This document shows positions 22,501-31,484 of a stretch of DNA of 42,529 bases, piece by piece. The number at the start of each line of letters is the position of its first letter. Position 1 is the stretch's first letter. The notes below the pieces were generated by a model. The model was not told where the DNA came from. It searched no databases and saw only the letters and a list, made by a program, of their open reading frames with translations. Origin of the DNA: Chrysochromulina tobinii (lineage: Eukaryota); assembly GCA_001275005.1 (NCBI GenBank), contig JWZX01003335.1, forward strand, positions 1 through 42,529, read 5' to 3'. The position numbers and the translations under genes are program-made.

Positions 22501-25500
22501 CATGTCGGCGCGCTCGAAGAGTTCGATGACGCGCGACATCGGGAACTTGTCCGTTGCGAGCGAGCAGTCAAGGGCGAGGTCGGTGAGCTCTGTCTGCTGC
22601 ATCGTGAGCTCCTGGTCCTTGGCCGCCTTGGCGTTGCCGCTCCCACTCTTGGCATACTGCGAGAAGATGGAGATGAGCTCGTCAAAGGAGCCGTAGAGCG
22701 TCAGGAAGACGCCCTCCTCCCAGAGCGGGAAGCCGGCGAGGTGTGAAAGGTCCATCTTGGCCCACGTGCCCAGGAAGGCCTCCGAGGCACCACTCGCCGC
22801 CGGGTTGTAGCGCTCAATCGGCGGGTAGAGCGCGTTCGAAACGACGACCACCTCGTTGCGCGTTCCGAGGAAGTTGTCGATGGCCCCCAGACAGCGGCCA
22901 GCATTGTCGATGCCTGGCTTGCCCGCCCCGGGCTTCTCCTTCACCTCGGCGTACTTGATCAGGCCGCACAACGAGAGCACCATCATGAACTCGTCAAAGT
23001 AGACGGTCTCCGTGTCCGCGTCGCCCGCCTGCACGGTGACGAAGCACTGCTTCGCGTCCTGCCACGTGAGGCACACGTGCACATCCTCGACGGCCTCGCC
23101 CGCGACCGCGGGCACGGGCTTCACCACCAGGTCGCACGCGAGCTTTCGATCCTGCACCGCCGCGACGAAGGCGTCGATCCCCAGCTTGGGCACCGGGGCC
23201 TTGGGCCCTTTGGTCTTCTCGGCCGCGCAGAGCTGCTGGAAGAGCACCTCAGCCGCCTCGCGGCGCGAGCGAATCTTGTTCAGCACGGCGCGATCCTTCT
23301 GGACGATCTTGAGCTGATTGGCCATCTCATCACGCTTCGCGTTCACGAGCACCTGCTTCGAGAGCAGCGACTCGAAGCACGCGGGGAAGGTCTCCGTCGG
23401 CACCGCCTTCGCGTCCTTCTTCAAGGCCTCCTCAAACTTGGGGTTGGCGCGGTAGAAGGAGATCATCACGAGCGCCTCGAGGAACTCGTGCAGCTCGAGG
23501 GCGCCGTCGCCCTTGCCCGCCTTTTGGCCGGATTTGGACTTGCCATCTTTGGCATCGTCGACCACATCGGCGCGCTCGAAGAGCTCGATGATCTTCGTCA
23601 TCGGGAACTCGCCCGTCGCAAGCGAGCAGTCGACGGCAAACTCGGTCAGCTCCGTCTGCGCCATCATCGTCGACTCGGCCGCCGAGCCCTTGCCCGACTT
23701 GTAGTCCTTGCCCTTGGCGTAGAGCATGAAGATCGAGAGGAGCTCACCATAGTTGGCCTTGATGAGCTCGAAGATCGCACCTTCCCACACCGGGAAACCG
23801 TACAGGTGTTGCAGGTCCATCTTGTTCCACGTGGTGAGTGCCTGCTCGTACTCGTCGATTGGCTGGCCGCCCGAGGGCGCCGAGTACTTGGGATCGAAGC
23901 GCAGCACAGGAGCGACGACGGCCTCCGTGATCACCGCGTGCTCGTCCTTCTCGTGGAGGTAGTTGGCGATGATGCCCGCGACGCGCTGCGCCAGGCTCAT
24001 CTCCTCGATCTCCTCGTACTTGACGTAGCCGCACAGCCCGAGGCAAATGCACCACTCGTCGTAGTCGACGGTCTCCTTGGCGTCGTCCATGCCCTTCATG
24101 TCGCCACTCGTGATGCTGACGCTCTGCGCCGTCACGAAGCAACCCTTGATGTCGAGCTGCGACAAGTTGGAGTGGTACTCGGGCATCTTCATGCCGCGCA
24201 CGGCGGGGGTCGGCGTGACCGTGATGTTCTTGACCAGCTGGTGCGAGTGCTTGGCCGACGAGTCGTTCATCTGGCCGCAGTCATCGCAGAACATCTCCAT
24301 GTTGATCACGAGCTTGCCCGCGACCTTCATCGGGCCGCTCTTGCCCATGTGATCAAACTCCTTGCGCAGCTTGGCGCGGTAGGCTTTGAAGATCTCCTGG
24401 CACTCGGCCGAGGCGATGATCTCCGCCTTGACGAGAGCGAGCCCGTCCGTCTTCGCCTTCTTGAGCAGAAAGTTCTTGAGCAGCGTCATGAAGGCGGTGC
24501 CTGCGTCCACGTCCGCCGCAAAGTTGTTGCCAACCTCGCCGTACTTGGGGTTGGCGAGCGAGAAGCCGAGCATCACCATCGACTCGAGGAACTCGTGGAA
24601 CTCGAGGCCGCGGTCGCCGCCCTTGGCGTCCTCGCCGATTTCGACCCGGTGGTCAGAGGCGCTCTTCTTGATCGTGTCGTCGACCTGGTCGGCGCGCCGG
24701 TAGATGTTGACGATGCGCGTCATGTTGAACGACTCGGTGAGGATCCCGAGGTCGAGCGCGAGATTGCCGAGCTCCGTCGCCTGGATCGTCATCGCCTGGT
24801 CGGCGCTGGTGGCGCCGGCGGTGCCGGACTTGGCATAGTAGGTGAAGATGCTCGTGAGCTCCTCGTATGAGCCGGCGATGCCCTTGAACACGGCCTCCTC
24901 GAAGATCGGGAAGCCGAAGACGTGCGACAAGTCCATCTTGCCCCATGTGTCCAGGATGCGCGAGGCGAGCTTCTGCGGCAGCTGCACGCTCTTGGGGTCG
25001 AATCGCGGCGGCGGCGGGTAGAGGCAGTCGCTGATGACCTTCTGCTCGTCAGCCTTGACGAGGTAGTTGAGGTAGATGGACTTGACGCGAGTTGCGAGGT
25101 CCATCTTCTCAATCTCCTCGTACTTGATGTGGCCGCAGAGCCCCAGGATGCACAGGAACTCCTCGAAGTCGATGACGACCGAGCCGCTCGACTGGCCGCC
25201 CACGCCGCCGGCCGCGCCGCCGGTGCTCTGGCCGGTGACGAAGGCACCGCGGATGTCGAGCTGCGACAGGTTCGAGTGCACGTCGGGCACGAACGCACCC
25301 GAGATGGCGGGCGTCGGCTTGACGATGATGTCCTTGGCGACGTGCCTCTTGTTGCACTGCTCGATGAACTTTTCGAGCGTCATCGTCGCCGCCTTGGTCG
25401 CCGCGAACTCCTTGTTGGACGCGCCCTCGAAGGCCTTCTTGAGCTCGGCCTTGTATTGGTTGATGACCGCACGCACCTCGGGCTCTTTTTGGATGCGCTT

Positions 25501-28500
25501 GAGCGTCTTTGTGAGCTGGTCGGTCTTCGCCTTGGTGAGGATCGACTTGGTCAGCAGCGTCTCGAGGCAGCCGGGCAGCGGGTGTACGAGGACGTCGCCG
25601 CCGTCCTTGGAGGTCGTGTTGCCCACCGTGCCGTACTTGGGGTTCTGGCGGTAGACGGCCATCATCACGAGGCACTCGAAGAACTCGTGCAGCACGAGGC
25701 CACGGTCGCCGCCCTTGGCCGTCTCGCCCTTGACGATGCCAGTCGTCTCGTCGCGGTACATGGTGTCGTCCGCCTGGTCGGCGCGCTCAAAGATGTTGAT
25801 GACGCGTGCCATCGAGAAGGTCTCGTTGGCGAGCTGGCAGTCGAGTGCGAGGTTCGTCAGCTCCGTCTTCTGCATCGTGAGCGCCGAGATGGCAGAACCC
25901 GAGCCGGCCGCGCCCGACTTGGCATACTGCTGGAAGATGGACGAGAGCTCGGGAAAATACTTGCCAAAGAGCATGAAGACGCCCTCCTCCCACATGGGGT
26001 AGCCGATGACGTGCGACAGGTCCATCTGCTTCCAGCAGGCGAGGTACGAGGGGTCCGTGCCCGCGGGCGGCTCGTAGCGCGGCAGTGGCGGGTAGAGGCA
26101 GAGCGACACCCACGCGTGCTCGTCCTTGCGCCCGTGCTTGTGCTCGACGCCCTTGCTATGCTTACCCGCGGCCGCCTCGCCCTCGGTGAACAGGCGGTAG
26201 TTGTAAAAGATGCCCTCCATGCGCTGCGCCACCGTCATTTGCTCGATCTCCTCGTACTTGATGTGGCCGCACAGCGCGACGCACATGTAGAACTCGTCGA
26301 AGGTCATCGACGTGTCGCTCGTCGATTTGGTGGTCTTGCTCATCTTCTCAAACTGACGAGCCTGGCACGTGGCGAAAGCGCCCTTGGCATCGAGCCACGA
26401 CAGGTTGACGTGCACCGTGGGCGGCGTGGTGCCCGAGACGGCGGGCGTCGGATGGATGATCTGGTCATTGAGCAGCTTGCGGTCGAGGAAGTCCTCCATC
26501 ATCGCCTCGAGGGTCCACGTCTCCTGCTTTCCACCCTCGATTGAGTCCACCGCGCGCTTCGAGAACGCCTCCTTGAAGTACGCCCGGTGCTCCTTGAACA
26601 CGGCCTGGCAGGCGACGTCCGTCTCCATGATCTTCTTGATCTTGGCGAGCGTGTCCGTCTTCGCCTTCTTGAGCAGCACGTCCTTGAAGAGCGTCTCAAG
26701 GCAGCCGGGCAGCAGGATGTACTCCTCCTTAGCGGCCTTCTCGACGCGCACCGAGCCGTCGGCCTTGATCGAGAAGGCCTTGTTGTTGCTGCCGACCTCT
26801 CCCCATTTCGGGTTAGCGCGCTGGAAGGCGAGCATCACGACGGCCTCGAAGAATTCGTGCAGCTCGAGGCCCTTGTCGCCCGCCTTCGCGTTTTCGCCCT
26901 CGAGCACGTTCTTGTTCACCTTGGACTCTTTGATGGTACCGTCCACCTGGTCGGCGCGCTTGAAGATGTTAATGACGCGCGTCATCGAGAACTTGTCGGT
27001 GGTCATGCCCGTGTCGAGAGCGAGCGTCTGCAGCTCCGTCTGCTGCATCGTTAGCAGCGCGCCCGACGAGGACGAGCCGGCGGTGCCGCTCTTGGCATAG
27101 TAGTCGAAGATCGACGAGAGCTGCTCGAAGTTGTCGTGGAAGAGCTTGAAGACGCCCTCCTCCCACAGCGGGAAGCCGTACACGTGCTTCAGGTCCATCT
27201 GAGACCACACCTGCTTCACGCGCGCAAAGAGCTTCTTGTCCTCGCCATCGTTGATCTTGGCCGTCTCGCAGTCGTAGCGCGGCAACGGCGGGTAGCAGTA
27301 CTTGCTGATGACCCTGTGCTCGTCCTCGTCCTGCAGGAAGTTTTGGATGATGCCCTCGACGCGGTCCGCGAGGCTCATCTCCTCAATCTCCTCGTACTTG
27401 ATGTGGCCGCACAGGCCGAGCACGTGCAGGAACTCCTCGTAGTCGACGCCGCTGTTGCCCGTCGACTCGCCCGTGCGCTGCGCAGTCGAGAAGACACCCT
27501 TGAGGTCGAGGTTGGACAGATTCGAGTGCCGCGGCCGCTCGACGGTGCCAGAGACCTGAGGCGTCGGGTTGACCACGATGTCCTTGAAGAGGCCACGTCC
27601 CTTGCCGGTGCCGTCAAAGTCGGGTCCGAACCAGTCGGTGAGAGTTTGGAGCGTCAGCGTGACCACGCCAAACTTTTGGATGCCCGATCGCGTCTCGAAG
27701 GCTTTGGCCTCGAACATCTTCTTGAGGCCGCGGTCGGGGTCGGAGGTGCCACCTGTGCCAAACATGTTCCGGTTGACGATGACCTCCTTGATGTACTCGT
27801 ACTTCTTAAAGTGCTTCTGCACCTCCGGATCGACCTTGAGCTTCTCGAGCACCTCGCGCAGCTTGTCGCGCTTCGCCTTGGGCATCACCTTCTCGGCGAG
27901 CATCTTCTCGAGGCACTCGGGGTACTTGCCGTGCGAGCAGTCGCGGTTGCCCACCGAGCCGTACTTGGGGTTGAGGCGCTGGAAGGAGACGCGCATGAGG
28001 AGCTCGAGGAACTCGTGGAACTCGAGCGAATTATCACCGCCCTTGCGCACCTCGAGGCCGCCGCCGCCGCGGTGGGCCGCGCCGCCCGCGCCGCCGATCT
28101 CCTCGATCGTCGCATCCTGTTGGTCGGAGACCTCCATGAGCGAGTGGATGCGCGTCATCATAAAGTCCTTTGTGGTGAGCTCGCAGTCGAGTGCGAAGTT
28201 GGTCACCTCCGCCTGTTGCAGCTTGAACGCCGAGTCGGCCGACGTGCCCGTTCCGCCGCTCTTTGCGTAGTATGAGAAGATGGAGCCGAGCTCCTCGAAG
28301 TACTTTGCAAAGATGATGAAGACGTCCTTCTCCCACAGCGGCCAGCCATGGCAGTCGTCCAGGATCATGCGCTTCCACGTGGCGACGAAGTCGGGGTTGG
28401 TGAGCTTCTCGTCGGCCTTCTCGTCTGCGCTCAGGTCCGCGTCGGGGTTGAAGCGCTTGAGCGACTTGGTGAGCGAGTACTTGACGGCCTCGAACACCCT

Positions 28501-30735
28501 CTCCTCGACGATGAAGTCGAGCGCGTGCGCCTTGTTGCCAATGTTGCAGAGCATGCGCGCGAAAGCCTCGACCTTCTCGGCCGGAGGCAACTCGGGCACG
28601 TTGCGGAACATGTTGAGGCCGCAGAAGGCGACCGCGCCGCCGTACTCTTCGAAGACCATCGAGGCGGACGACTCCATGAGCTTCTCGTCGCCCGTGATCA
28701 TCGCGAGCATCGCCTCCGCGCCGTCCTGCGACTCGATGAACGCGCGCTCGCCATCGACCCTCGAGAGCTCGACGTTGCACTCGACCATCTTCTCGCCCGA
28801 GATCGGGTTGTCGACCATGATCTTCTTGTCGATGAAGAGCTTAGCCATCTCGACGTCCTTGATGAAGTTCTCGACCGACACCTGCGCCACCTCGACGGCC
28901 TCGGGCTTGGTGCCGTCGCCCTTGGGTTTCTTCTTCGGGTCGAGGATCTTAGTCTTGCGCTTGGCCATCGCGTTGAAACGCTTCTCGAGCGGCTCCTTCA
29001 TCGCGTCGAGCACCGCGAGCACCTCGGGGCTCGCCATCGTCGCGCGCATGATCGCCATCGAGTCCACCTCGGCGAGCGGCAACAAGTACTTCTCGAGCAG
29101 CCGGCGGAAGCCCTCGCCGCCATTGCCGGCCTTCAGCGCCTTGCGGCCCGAGGCAGAGGTGGCGAGCAGCTTGACGGAGAGGCGGAGGAGCGCCTCGAGG
29201 AACTCGGCGCAGTCGAGGGCCTTGTCCGAGCGCGCGGGCCCCTTGCCCACCGTCTTGGCCGCCTCTTTGTCCTCCTTGGACGCGCGATCACACCGGCGGT
29301 GCGCGTCGTTGATCTCTCCGATCGAGACGGGCACCGCGCCCGCCTTGCACATCGAGACCCACTCACGCTGGCTCATGTTGAAGTTGTCGGCGCCGCCCTT
29401 GCCCGCGGTGCCGGGCGCCGCGCTCTTCTTGCAATACTCGAAGAAGATCGCCACGATCTTCATCAGGTTGCGGTGCACCAACTCGAAGGCCGCCTTCTGC
29501 CAGAAGAAGTAGCCGGGCAGGTCCTCTGCCTCGATCTTCTTCCACATTGCGACCAGGGCCTTGAATTGGAGCTCGTTCTCACCCGGGAGCGCGCGCGCAT
29601 CGAGCGACGCATCGAAGCCGCGCCCGTCGGACGGCTTCGCCACCGGCCCGCGCGCCGACTCGGCGATCCCCGCCGCGAGGGCTGCCTCTTGACGGCCGGC
29701 TGCCGAAAGCCAGCGCGCCGAGCGCGGCGCGGTGGCGGCGCGTGCCGAGGCGGCCTTGGGCTTGGCGCGCCCGTAGCCCTTGAGCAGCGTGAGCAGCTCG
29801 CCCGTCTGCTTCATCTCGCCCACGGGGTCCATGGTCTGGTGCACGCGCACCGACACCTTGACGCCCGATCCTCCCTTTTGGCCTGCGCCGCGCCGCGCGG
29901 CGCACACGCGCAGCATCTCGATCTCGCGGCCGCAGTGCGCGTCGAGCTCACCCATGTGAACCTGGATGGTCGTGTCGTACCCTGGGCACTGCTCGACGCA
30001 CTGGATCAGCGTCTTCACGCGGAAGCCCTCGAGCTCCGCCGCGAGATGCACCTTGAGTAGGTACGGATCCAGCGTGGGCATCGGCAGGATCATCGCCGAT
30101 GCGCGGTCGGCGGTGCCGAGCAGCACCTGCGGCGAGAAGGCGATGATGGCCGAGGCCTTGAGGACCAGACCCGCGCGGATCGCCGCGTAGCCGCCCATCG
30201 ACGAGCCCATGCAAACCACCTCGCGCGGCTTGATCAGATCGATCTCCTTGCCCAGCTCGTCGATGACGCTGTCAAAGCCCTGATTCGGATCGATGCCGGC
30301 CTTGAGGCCGCGCTGGTACCAGCAGTGCGTCGCGTCGCGCACGAAAATAGCATACTTGACGTTGGCCTTCTTGCACAGCTTGAGGAACGCGGTGTGCGTG
30401 ACGCCCTCAGTCGCGCCGTTGCCGCCGAAGCAGTCATTCTCGCCGCCAAAGCAGATCATGAGGACGTCTTTCGAGGCGGAGCCTTCGTCCTCCGCCGAGT
30501 ACGACTTGGAGACCGCGGCGCCATCGAGGCGCGAGCGCCGCGCGGCGCACTCCTCCGAAAGCAGCAGCTTCATTTTGGCCATGTCGTCGCCCGCGTCCAT
30601 CGAGGCGAGCTTGTCGAGGATTTCGTCATCGTACTCCTCTGTAAACACGTCAGTCACCCACTGGGAGAAGGCAGTGACGTCAAAAAGCGGAGGCGGTCCC
30701 GCCGACAGCGGCGCCTCCGGGATCTGGCGATCCAT
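16573..30735 (-). CDS. Giant repeat protein A (~4720 aa): N-terminal alpha/beta-hydrolase-like domain plus 12 tandem ~350-aa units with p25alpha/EF-hand-like halves
   Basis: 14.2-kb uninterrupted ORF with strong GC3 bias; first ATG at 30735. GSSMGG...FSPQ hydrolase motif. Recurrent WxKMDLSHVFGFPxWE...IFxxYAKSG...MQQTEL...LELHEF...NPKxG...HSNLSxLD.KGAF...DFDEF..LCGxIKYE. Confidence 0.9.
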   Translation of the reverse strand: MDRQIPEAPLSAGPPPLFDVTAFSQWVTDVFTEEYDDEILDKLASMDAGDDMAKMKLLLSEECAARRSRLDGAAVSKSYSAEDEGSASKDVLMICFGGENDCFGGNGATEGVTHTAFLKLCKKANVKYAIFVRDATHCWYQRGLKAGIDPNQGFDSVIDELGKEIDLIKPREVVCMGSSMGGYAAIRAGLVLKASAIIAFSPQVLLGTADRASAMILPMPTLDPYLLKVHLAAELEGFRVKTLIQCVEQCPGYDTTIQVHMGELDAHCGREIEMLRVCAARRGAGQKGGSGVKVSVRVHQTMDPVGEMKQTGELLTLLKGYGRAKPKAASARAATAPRSARWLSAAGRQEAALAAGIAESARGPVAKPSDGRGFDASLDARALPGENELQFKALVAMWKKIEAEDLPGYFFWQKAAFELVHRNLMKIVAIFFEYCKKSAAPGTAGKGGADNFNMSQREWVSMCKAGAVPVSIGEINDAHRRCDRASKEDKEAAKTVGKGPARSDKALDCAEFLEALLRLSVKLLATSASGRKALKAGNGGEGFRRLLEKYLLPLAEVDSMAIMRATMASPEVLAVLDAMKEPLEKRFNAMAKRKTKILDPKKKPKGDGTKPEAVEVAQVSVENFIKDVEMAKLFIDKKIMVDNPISGEKMVECNVELSRVDGERAFIESQDGAEAMLAMITGDEKLMESSASMVFEEYGGAVAFCGLNMFRNVPELPPAEKVEAFARMLCNIGNKAHALDFIVEERVFEAVKYSLTKSLKRFNPDADLSADEKADEKLTNPDFVATWKRMILDDCHGWPLWEKDVFIIFAKYFEELGSIFSYYAKSGGTGTSADSAFKLQQAEVTNFALDCELTTKDFMMTRIHSLMEVSDQQDATIEEIGGAGGAAHRGGGGLEVRKGGDNSLEFHEFLELLMRVSFQRLNPKYGSVGNRDCSHGKYPECLEKMLAEKVMPKAKRDKLREVLEKLKVDPEVQKHFKKYEYIKEVIVNRNMFGTGGTSDPDRGLKKMFEAKAFETRSGIQKFGVVTLTLQTLTDWFGPDFDGTGKGRGLFKDIVVNPTPQVSGTVERPRHSNLSNLDLKGVFSTAQRTGESTGNSGVDYEEFLHVLGLCGHIKYEEIEEMSLADRVEGIIQNFLQDEDEHRVISKYCYPPLPRYDCETAKINDGEDKKLFARVKQVWSQMDLKHVYGFPLWEEGVFKLFHDNFEQLSSIFDYYAKSGTAGSSSSGALLTMQQTELQTLALDTGMTTDKFSMTRVINIFKRADQVDGTIKESKVNKNVLEGENAKAGDKGLELHEFFEAVVMLAFQRANPKWGEVGSNNKAFSIKADGSVRVEKAAKEEYILLPGCLETLFKDVLLKKAKTDTLAKIKKIMETDVACQAVFKEHRAYFKEAFSKRAVDSIEGGKQETWTLEAMMEDFLDRKLLNDQIIHPTPAVSGTTPPTVHVNLSWLDAKGAFATCQARQFEKMSKTTKSTSDTSMTFDEFYMCVALCGHIKYEEIEQMTVAQRMEGIFYNYRLFTEGEAAAGKHSKGVEHKHGRKDEHAWVSLCLYPPLPRYEPPAGTDPSYLACWKQMDLSHVIGYPMWEEGVFMLFGKYFPELSSIFQQYAKSGAAGSGSAISALTMQKTELTNLALDCQLANETFSMARVINIFERADQADDTMYRDETTGIVKGETAKGGDRGLVLHEFFECLVMMAVYRQNPKYGTVGNTTSKDGGDVLVHPLPGCLETLLTKSILTKAKTDQLTKTLKRIQKEPEVRAVINQYKAELKKAFEGASNKEFAATKAATMTLEKFIEQCNKRHVAKDIIVKPTPAISGAFVPDVHSNLSQLDIRGAFVTGQSTGGAAGGVGGQSSGSVVIDFEEFLCILGLCGHIKYEEIEKMDLATRVKSIYLNYLVKADEQKVISDCLYPPPPRFDPKSVQLPQKLASRILDTWGKMDLSHVFGFPIFEEAVFKGIAGSYEELTSIFTYYAKSGTAGATSADQAMTIQATELGNLALDLGILTESFNMTRIVNIYRRADQVDDTIKKSASDHRVEIGEDAKGGDRGLEFHEFLESMVMLGFSLANPKYGEVGNNFAADVDAGTAFMTLLKNFLLKKAKTDGLALVKAEIIASAECQEIFKAYRAKLRKEFDHMGKSGPMKVAGKLVINMEMFCDDCGQMNDSSAKHSHQLVKNITVTPTPAVRGMKMPEYHSNLSQLDIKGCFVTAQSVSITSGDMKGMDDAKETVDYDEWCICLGLCGYVKYEEIEEMSLAQRVAGIIANYLHEKDEHAVITEAVVAPVLRFDPKYSAPSGGQPIDEYEQALTTWNKMDLQHLYGFPVWEGAIFELIKANYGELLSIFMLYAKGKDYKSGKGSAAESTMMAQTELTEFAVDCSLATGEFPMTKIIELFERADVVDDAKDGKSKSGQKAGKGDGALELHEFLEALVMISFYRANPKFEEALKKDAKAVPTETFPACFESLLSKQVLVNAKRDEMANQLKIVQKDRAVLNKIRSRREAAEVLFQQLCAAEKTKGPKAPVPKLGIDAFVAAVQDRKLACDLVVKPVPAVAGEAVEDVHVCLTWQDAKQCFVTVQAGDADTETVYFDEFMMVLSLCGLIKYAEVKEKPGAGKPGIDNAGRCLGAIDNFLGTRNEVVVVSNALYPPIERYNPAASGASEAFLGTWAKMDLSHLAGFPLWEEGVFLTLYGSFDELISIFSQYAKSGSGNAKAAKDQELTMQQTELTDLALDCSLATDKFPMSRVIELFERADMADAKPGEAPKPGDGALELFEFLEAVVMLALFRANPSMTLAGDATKVDVPLPDCLVTMLKENLLLNAKRDQLAAVKAQLKQDGVQDAMQRRRDGLKRVFDKLCKSEKQKPGKGGPTLSMDVFTQDLFERGIARDVEITPTSPVKGKKLDPVVTKLSVIDAKGAFVTSQKVEKENTATTINFDEFMVCLALCGSIKYANVEKMSLAQKVDSLYTNYLGETDEQKCIDLCYPPPPRFNPAVKRNTGGPVPSATFMDTWKKMDLSHLFGFPEFEEGVFALLEKSFGELSSIFSQYSKSGTAGSASATSLQTMQKTEFFNFAMDCGVVSNHEQGFNATRVTNIFTRADQVDDTLKATKVKTLGVNKDAKAGDGSDKANVNTLQRAADRIQEVEITVMKGDFAQAGDHGLKLEEFLEAVVAMSLYYSNPDFGELGHNFSVDKPLPGCLESVLNGYILKNAKRDKLALIKASLETDRDCQMIMPGIRKALEKDFIETTKVGVRMVFGKQVMSMDMFQKQLQERRCIQDLMIKPTPKVKGQVFPVQKCNFSWLDAKGAFTTAQRGDGGEEGNESIDFDEFVIALALCGSIKYENIAEMTLATRFSGMVQNYLNEADEQFIVSEAVVPPPPRYDTSKAKPLKDQAEAEHKALLKVWSQMDLSHVFGFPLWEEELFGVFQRAYPELKSIFAQYAKSGSAGSGSALSAMTMQQTELTDLALDCELATEQFKMARINNIFMRADQKDDTFEVNKADSRAGSIKGKTAEKGNQALTMPEFFECLVMIAFARAQPEFGDVGKSSEAYVKEPLPGCLESMLTRNILVKAKRDVLMKYKKMVDKDPECVEALRVRKAALKLQFEAASQRDATTMTGTKDQFGNAGGEEDGSSSLLGIEMFNTDIAENPNTHLPRMCCEDLTIKPTPAITGDVVVPIKSNLSWLDVKGAFVTCQNDSDGFVTFEEWCSALALCGVIKYENVPDDKMTLGQKVAGMYDNYLQTRDAHSVVSEVLQPPAPRFTPTASSADKSFLAVWSKMNLTHVFYFPTWEKEVFMLLAKAHDELKIIFSGYAKSGTAGSSTATALFTMQKTELTNFALDCGISSSNDTEFPMVRVTGIYERGDQVDDTQVASKADKRVKVGKGAEAGDHGLEIHEFYEVLVMLAFAKANPKFGQLGQNTVDKVANPLPGCLETLLTKNILTKAKRDEMPALVKKIKEDPECQKLFKAHRAELANKFVLIAGKGEQGGKLSAASSKNIDGLSMKMDDFYDAMYDSKVVSDTTVAPRPPVVGQPMKKYAMGLSSIDAKSAFAAAQDGSEKQKLAVGDARQFVDFEEFMVALAVCGFIKYRAAIEDGMKLSQCVGGAINQLMERKSEQDVLTDALFPEPPRNKFFEKANPAVTGGPQLHAQFVNCWKEMVITDIVGFPVWEEAVFKLLQPNFEEIYGIFSNYAQSITGGQLQSTAWQAVTLQENELASFCRDSGLITAEFSIARVQSLYKDLCNNSPKLKEGLDLPAFMALLLHISLHRANPKLAGSGGIGEGVKDPLPGCFEAALTKNILGKAKKNRIVKIKTELMALDLSGPFKNTRSALKKEFEKIEKKREKKALMFFGTVTLTRPTIVGEFKDRNLVVIKKANPRPPTTGAPPAEVEVGLSALDVESAFILCQNGEHAADGGNDSIDFEEFLLLLAMCGMLKYADVASMDRNAKIEGIAKEFLGTSSDSDIVASAGGPVERYKPPKGGRLAAHWSKMDLSRVNGFPEWEEEVYGLLEAAYDDLEAIFLYYAGADKNMQQTELVDFVAGCGLAAPHYGLPKIVKLFDEVNKQTGATDSDLELHEFFQLIVQLAYAINGGGTAGGATAPVALRIMIESNLSRTARKAKLAELLAPLKADADVQAALGTAPAPPSPLSEASFIQQLQGKKLVRGAIVGDLRCDLTWLDASAAFLCSGGDYKMALALCGAVKYAKVAKMTDAQRVAGFLANLAGTSDEHKVVAAA

Positions 30736-31073
30736 GGTCGATGCGCGCGGCGCCCAGTGCACTCGCGATGAGGACCGAGAGAAAAGCCACCCTTCGTGCG
30801 CCCAAAGTCGCCCAAAAACTTGGCTGACCGAGGAATCTCAAAACGACGTTGCGCGAAAGTAACCACCTTTTTGAGTGCCCGAAAGACGCACAAAAGTGGA
30901 AAATGTGTGGATGCCGAAAGGGGGGGGATGCTGCCCTGCCGCCACCAATTCTTCAGACTGACAGTCGAACCTTATCGAGTGTTCTCGCGATCGTTTTCGG
31001 CGCCTTGGACGTCAAGATCGCGACCTCCCCTTCTCCAAGGGCCCCTTGTCTTCTCTCTCCGGTCAAAGAAATC

Positions 31074-31484
31074 ATGGCTCTCCTCGTCTCAGCCCTAGCG
31101 CTCAACGCGTTCGTGCTGATGGGCCCGGCGGTGTCGCCGGTGCGCACCACCGGCGCGGTCATGATTGCGGATGACGCTAAGGCCAAAGCGGCGTGGCTGG
31201 CGAAGCAAAACGCGCCGAGCTTCGGCCCCAAAGACGCCGCCAAGACGCGCGACGCTGCGCCGCCGGCAGGGGCTGCTGGCGCTGCCGTGCGATATGCCGC
31301 GCCTCCGGGCAAGGCGTACGGCCAGCCCCAGATTGCAGGTCTCACGGTCGCCCAGATCTACAAGAAGCAGGCTAAGGCTAAGAAGGATTACGAGGGCAAG
31401 GCCGTGGAGAGGTGCGAGGACCGCACTGGCAAGGGATGGGACACCAAGTCGAGGTACTGGCCGATTGGCACTCCGCACCTCTAA
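31074..31484 (+). CDS. Small (136 aa) protein with a signal peptide and transit-peptide-like leader, probably plastid-targeted
   Basis: MALLVSALALNAFVLMGPAVSPVRTTGAVM, then AKAKAAWLAKQNAPSFG and a Lys-rich C-terminus; coding-type codon usage. Confidence 0.6.
   Translation: MALLVSALALNAFVLMGPAVSPVRTTGAVMIADDAKAKAAWLAKQNAPSFGPKDAAKTRDAAPPAGAAGAAVRYAAPPGKAYGQPQIAGLTVAQIYKKQAKAKKDYEGKAVERCEDRTGKGWDTKSRYWPIGTPHL

Noticed and set aside
16318..30060. Long plus-strand ORFs (for example 17977-21648, 1223 aa; 23077-24870; 28348-30060)
   Set aside because: Antisense shadows of giant gene A caused by GC3-biased codons; they have L/E/R/V/H-rich, non-protein-like composition.
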